In this document: positions 60,334 through 64,000 of the stretch, piece by piece
Numbering within the stretch: the first letter of the stretch is position 1
Layout: each line of letters opens with the position of its first letter
Source of the DNA: Candidatus Firestoneibacteriota bacterium
GTDB taxonomy: Bacteria > Oederibacteriota > D2-FULL-39-29 > JBBTED01
Reading direction: 5' to 3'
Assembly: GCA_038042445.1 (NCBI GenBank)
Contig: JBBTED010000059.1
Coordinates: 1-64,000 of the forward strand
Length of the DNA stretch: 64,000 bases
Notes under the pieces: generated by a model
Databases searched by the model: none
What the model was told of the DNA's origin: nothing
What the model saw: the letters and a program-made list of their open reading frames with translations, nothing else
Translations under genes and position numbers: made by a program

Positions 60334-61086
60334 GTGTTTAAGAAAATATTGCTTAGATTCTTTTGGAAAGCTTATGATAATATAGGCAAGGTGTTTTATG
60401 TAAGTATTCTTTGGTTTGTCACCACAACCCCATTTTTTTTATTTACCACTTATGCACCATTTGTGCAATTACTCAATATGATAATAAGTCTCATTTTTGC
60501 ATTGCTTATTTTTGTTTCTGCTATTTCAAGTTTTAATGTGATGAGCATTGTGACGAGAGAAGGCAGTATTGAAGAAAAAAAAATATATCAGATGTTTTAT
60601 AGCGGAATCCTGAGTTTCTTTAAAAAAGGCACAATTCTTTTTTTTATAAATATATTAATTCTTTTTTTTGCATTTATAAATCTAAAATTTTATCTTTATT
60701 TGCCAGGCGCCTTAAAATATCTTGGTGCTATATTGTCCGGTATTATTTTTTGGATTTTGATTTTTTGGGCTACGGTACATATATATATATTTCCACTACT
60801 TGTTAAAAAGGATTTAAGTTTATGGAGAACTATAAGAACAGCATTGTTGCTTACTTTGGATAATGTTTTTGCAAGTCTTGGAATTTTTGCAATTTGTGTT
60901 TTGTTTTTTGCTGTTCTTACTGTTTCAATTGCAGGTTTTGCATTGTTATTAGTTGGAGTCCTTGCAGTGTTTTTAGATGTGGCATTTGCTGAAATATGGA
61001 AAAAATATGATAAATTGGTAGATACTGAAAGCGATGAAGAAGAAAACAGAACATTTAAAGAACTAATAAAACCCTGGGAAGCATGA
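60334..61086 (+). CDS. Integral membrane protein (DUF624-like)
   Basis: Multiple TM helices; FWKAYDN and KELIKPWE ends. Confidence 0.5.
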   Translation: MFKKILLRFFWKAYDNIGKVFYVSILWFVTTTPFFLFTTYAPFVQLLNMIISLIFALLIFVSAISSFNVMSIVTREGSIEEKKIYQMFYSGILSFFKKGTILFFINILILFFAFINLKFYLYLPGALKYLGAILSGIIFWILIFWATVHIYIFPLLVKKDLSLWRTIRTALLLTLDNVFASLGIFAICVLFFAVLTVSIAGFALLLVGVLAVFLDVAFAEIWKKYDKLVDTESDEEENRTFKELIKPWEA

Positions 61087-61111
61087 CCGAAGGGAATACT
61101 GGAAGTGAAAA

Positions 61112-61537
61112 ATGAGATTTGGCAAAAAACATAATAGAAAAACATCTGGAAGAGGTATAAAGCTAAGAAATATAATTGCTGTTCCTGTAATACAGGTGAT
61201 GCATAAAAAAAATATTTTGGTAATAGCAATATTGATAATATTAATGTGGGTATTTTTAGGCGGAAAAAAAGGATTTGTAAAATTGGCTTCGTTGTATTTT
61301 AAAAAAGTCAAGATAGAGCAGGAAGTAGAGGAATTAAAAAAGACAAATGAGAAAGCTGAACTTGAAATCAAAGAATTAAAAGAAAATCCTGCAGCATTAG
61401 AACGCATAGCACGTGAAGAGCTTGGATTTGTAAAAAATGGAGAAATTATTTATAAATTTGTTGAGAAGAACAATTCCCCCCTACCCCCCTTTAATAAAGG
61501 GGGTAAAGCAACGCCCCCTTTATTAAAGGGGGACTAA
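61112..61537 (+). CDS. ftsB: Septum formation initiator FtsB/DivIC family
   Basis: TM plus coiled coil and ERIAREELGFVKNGEIIY; start uncertain; tail encoded by a repeat. Confidence 0.8.
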   Translation: MRFGKKHNRKTSGRGIKLRNIIAVPVIQVMHKKNILVIAILIILMWVFLGGKKGFVKLASLYFKKVKIEQEVEELKKTNEKAELEIKELKENPAALERIAREELGFVKNGEIIYKFVEKNNSPLPPFNKGGKATPPLLKGD

Positions 61538-61545
61538 GGGGGAAT
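61472..61545. repeat. Inverted pair of CCCCCTTT(A/T)..AAAGGGGG palindromes
   Basis: Near-identical reverse-complement copy at 12696-12728. Confidence 0.85.
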
Positions 61546-61582
61546 AAATATTTCTCAGTTTAAAAACACAAAAAATTTTTGG

Positions 61583-61759
61583 ATGTTAAGCAGTTTAGGG
61601 CTAATGTTAGTTAGTTCAACATTTGTAGGATTAATTATAGGGTATTATTTAGATAAATGGTTTAAAACAGATCCATATCTCACCATAATATTTTTTGTGC
61701 TTGGAATAATTTCAGGTTTTTTTACTGTGTTTAGAGATGTTAAGAAAATGAGAAATTGA
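61583..61759 (+). CDS. AtpZ/AtpI-family (ATPase gene 1) small membrane protein, absent from ORF track
   Basis: SSLGLMLVSSTFVGLIIGYYLDKWFKTDPYLTIIFFVLGIISGF; true start may be further upstream. Confidence 0.8.
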   Translation: MLSSLGLMLVSSTFVGLIIGYYLDKWFKTDPYLTIIFFVLGIISGFFTVFRDVKKMRN

Positions 61760-61763
61760 TAAA

Positions 61764-62057
61764 GTGAATTTCACTGAAATTATGAATATTTTTTTAGGAT
61801 TTTTATCTGGAGTAGTCCTTGGAGCTTTAAATTTATTTTTACTTAAGATAACTGTACGTAGTGCAATTGGCAAAACGTTAAAAAAAGTCCGTCTGATTAT
61901 AATATTTAGTTATTTTGTAAGATATGTTGTTATAGCGGTTCTTTTATTAATCATAATCAAAACTCAAGTCCTAAATGTATTTGCATTTGCAGGTGGTTTA
62001 GCGATTAGCACGTTTTTATTCCCTAAATTTCTTTCACGAATCGAAAATTTATCTTGA
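61764..62057 (+). CDS. ATP synthase protein I-like membrane protein
   Basis: G...GALNLFLL, YFVRY, FAGG; follows atpZ-like gene. Confidence 0.65.
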   Translation: MNFTEIMNIFLGFLSGVVLGALNLFLLKITVRSAIGKTLKKVRLIIIFSYFVRYVVIAVLLLIIIKTQVLNVFAFAGGLAISTFLFPKFLSRIENLS

Positions 62058-62082
62058 CAATAGTTTGATATCAAACTATAAT
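62054..62082 (+). promoter_or_regulatory. marR promoter with a perfect 20-bp palindromic operator between -35 and -10
   Basis: TTGACA 62054-62059, 17 bp, TATAAT 62077-62082; ATAGTTTGATATCAAACTAT 62060-62079. Confidence 0.85.
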
Positions 62083-62088
62083 AAATCT

Positions 62089-62511
62089 ATGAAAATAAAT
62101 AATATAATATCTTTGATTTCTCAAGTGAGAGAGAAAGCAAATAAATTTTTAGTTAAAGAAATGCATGGGAAAAATATAAAAGGTCTTGTAACTTCTCATG
62201 GAGATATAATATTTTCTCTTTTTGAAGAATCAAAACTTACGATGAAAGATTTAAAAGGAAAAACAGGAAAAGATAAATCAACAGTTACTGCGCTTGTAGA
62301 TAAACTTGAAAAATTAGGTTTTGTTAAAAAAAATAAATCATTAGATGATGCAAGAATTACTTACATTACATTAACAGAAAAAGGTTTGACTTTAAAACCG
62401 AAATTAATAGAAATTTCAGAGAAATTATTTAATAGTGCTTATAAAGGAATTGCAGATAAAGAAGTAGAGTTAGTAAATAACGTTTTAATAAAAATCAAAA
62501 AGAACCTGTAA
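62089..62511 (+). CDS. MarR family transcriptional regulator
   Basis: KSTVTALVDKLEKLGFV, DARITYITLTEKG. Confidence 0.9.
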   Translation: MKINNIISLISQVREKANKFLVKEMHGKNIKGLVTSHGDIIFSLFEESKLTMKDLKGKTGKDKSTVTALVDKLEKLGFVKKNKSLDDARITYITLTEKGLTLKPKLIEISEKLFNSAYKGIADKEVELVNNVLIKIKKNL

Positions 62512-62524
62512 TTTTTTTGGAATA

Positions 62525-62544
62525 ATAGTTTGATATCAAACTAT
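62525..62544. promoter_or_regulatory. Second copy of the MarR operator palindrome
   Basis: ATAGTTTGATATCAAACTAT identical to 62060-62079. Confidence 0.8.
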
Positions 62545-62705
62545 ATATAATGGTTATGTAAAAAAACAAAAAGTGGGAGGTGGTGAAAGATGAAAGAAAT
62601 ATAAACTGTTAGGCCTTTGTTAAAAATAGAGGTCTAAAGAGGCTAAGTGTAATAAAATTAAGGCTTTTTCAATTAAAAAGCCTGGTAAAAAAAGGGAGAG
62701 TTAAA

Positions 62706-63548
62706 ATGCAAAGAATAATTATTTTCATTACTGCAATTACATTATTTGTATTTGCAGGGGATAAAACTAAGGAGGCAAGCATGAATATTTCAAACAAAGA
62801 AAAAGTTGTAGCACTTTTAAAAAGTCTTGAAACAGGAGATCCGAGTCCTGTAGGATACATTAATTCTGAAAAGTATATCCAGCATAATCTTATGGTTGGC
62901 GATGGATTGAAAGGATTTGGTGAGCTTTTGAAACAAGTTCCAAAAGGAAGTTTAAAAGTTAATGTTATTCGTGTGTTTTCAGAGGGTAATTATGTATTTG
63001 CCCATACCGACTATGATTTTTTTGGGCCCAAAGCAGGATTTGATATTTTTAGATTTGAAAATGGAAAAATTGTTGAACATTGGGACAATCTTACTGAAAA
63101 AGCAAAAGCGCCAAATCCGAGTGGACATACTCAATTTGATGGAAGCACAAAAATTTCTGATATTGATAAAACTAAAGATAACAAAAAATTGGTTGCAGAT
63201 TTCGTAAAGACAATTCTTGTAGAAGGTAAGTTTGACAAATTAGGAAACTATTTTAACGGGGACTCTTATATTCAGCATAATACAGTTATTGCAGATGGTC
63301 TTTCAGGCCTTGGAAAAGCTTTGGAGTCAATGGCGAAACAGGGCATCAAAATGATATATGATAAAAACCATATGGTATTTGGAGAAGGAAATTTCGTTCT
63401 TTCAGTGAGTGAAGGTCAATTTTCTGGAAAACATGTAGCTTTTTATGATTTATTCAGGGTTGAAAATCAGAAAATAGCTGAACATTGGGATATAATTGAG
63501 AAAATTCCGTCAAAAGATAAATGGGCAAATACTAACGGAAAATTTTAA
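62706..63548 (+). CDS. Tandem SnoaL/NTF2-like domain protein
   Basis: Two YIQHN...DG and FDIFRFENGKIVEHWD / DLFRVENQKIAEHWD repeats. Confidence 0.85.
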   Translation: MQRIIIFITAITLFVFAGDKTKEASMNISNKEKVVALLKSLETGDPSPVGYINSEKYIQHNLMVGDGLKGFGELLKQVPKGSLKVNVIRVFSEGNYVFAHTDYDFFGPKAGFDIFRFENGKIVEHWDNLTEKAKAPNPSGHTQFDGSTKISDIDKTKDNKKLVADFVKTILVEGKFDKLGNYFNGDSYIQHNTVIADGLSGLGKALESMAKQGIKMIYDKNHMVFGEGNFVLSVSEGQFSGKHVAFYDLFRVENQKIAEHWDIIEKIPSKDKWANTNGKF

Positions 63549-63565
63549 TATTGTACTATTGTATC

Positions 63566-63603
63566 AAAAAAGTCCAATCTGTATTATGCAGATTGGACTT
63601 TTT
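63566..63603. terminator. Intrinsic (likely bidirectional) terminator
   Basis: AAAAAAGTCCAATCTG-TATTATG-CAGATTGGACTTTTT hairpin after the SnoaL gene. Confidence 0.75.
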
Positions 63604-63673
63604 GTTATAAATAATTCATATATAGATTTGTGTATTTGACAAAACCTTAAAAGTGATGTATACTATATATAGT

Positions 63674-64000
63674 ATGCGAAATAAGTTTAAGATATTTAGA
63701 AAAATTGATGCATTTAGTTTGGTTGAGATTATGATTGCAGTTACAGTTATTGCATTATTATTGGTAGCTGTTCTTAAGATGTTTGCCAGTTTATCCAAAG
63801 GTGCTCTTATGGCAAAATTTAAGACAGTAGCAACAAATTTGGCGCAGGAAAAAATTGAGGTGTATAAGAATTATTCGTATGATGAGTTGGTAACAGGTAC
63901 AACTACTGACAATGTAACTATTGGTGATAAAGTGTATACTCGTAGTGTAGATGTATCATATATTGTGGAATCTTCCGGAGTGATGATAGCTTCTACTACT
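63674..64000 (+). CDS. Type IV pilin-like (PilV/minor pilin) protein, runs off the window end
   Basis: MRNKFKIFRKIDA-FSLVEIMIAVTVIALL prepilin motif; ATNLAQEKIE. Confidence 0.8.
   Translation, partial: MRNKFKIFRKIDAFSLVEIMIAVTVIALLLVAVLKMFASLSKGALMAKFKTVATNLAQEKIEVYKNYSYDELVTGTTTDNVTIGDKVYTRSVDVSYIVESSGVMIASTT

Overview
AT-rich bacterial chromosome segment from a probably anaerobic, diderm organism (TonB/ExbD, a predicted outer-membrane barrel, type IV pilus genes, a corrinoid-activation protein; lineage not determinable here). 1-4.8 kb is the right end of an integrative primase/excisionase/tyrosine-integrase element that abuts the 5' side of tRNA-Gly(CCC). Next come a 125-bp tandem array that reiterates the tRNA 3' end and a REP-associated tyrosine transposase (RAYT) bracketed by REP clusters. 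The remainder is mostly housekeeping: a cheW/cheY/cheA/mcp/cheC cluster, a Gld-type ABC system, exbD-tonB, pilMN-efp-accBC, a small defence/TA patch (MntA-HepT, ApeA-like HEPN), pfk, pilT, recO, csaB, trxB, a run of secreted beta-propeller/HEAT/TPR proteins, DUF362/Fe-S genes, rsmI, pdxA, rsmA, sugar-nucleotide genes, ftsB, orphan atpZ/atpI, marR and a truncated pilin. Five tRNAs were read by eye. The most unusual signals are (i) a non-palindromic 22-bp motif dispersed on one strand and read in the same frame (TEGNTGS) inside four unrelated proteins, (ii) a PilZ domain fused to a RACo-type corrinoid activator, (iii) the integrase/tRNA/tandem-array/RAYT junction, and (iv) a tRNA-Cys that contains the stop codon of the upstream gene. 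All family assignments come from motif recognition, not database searches.
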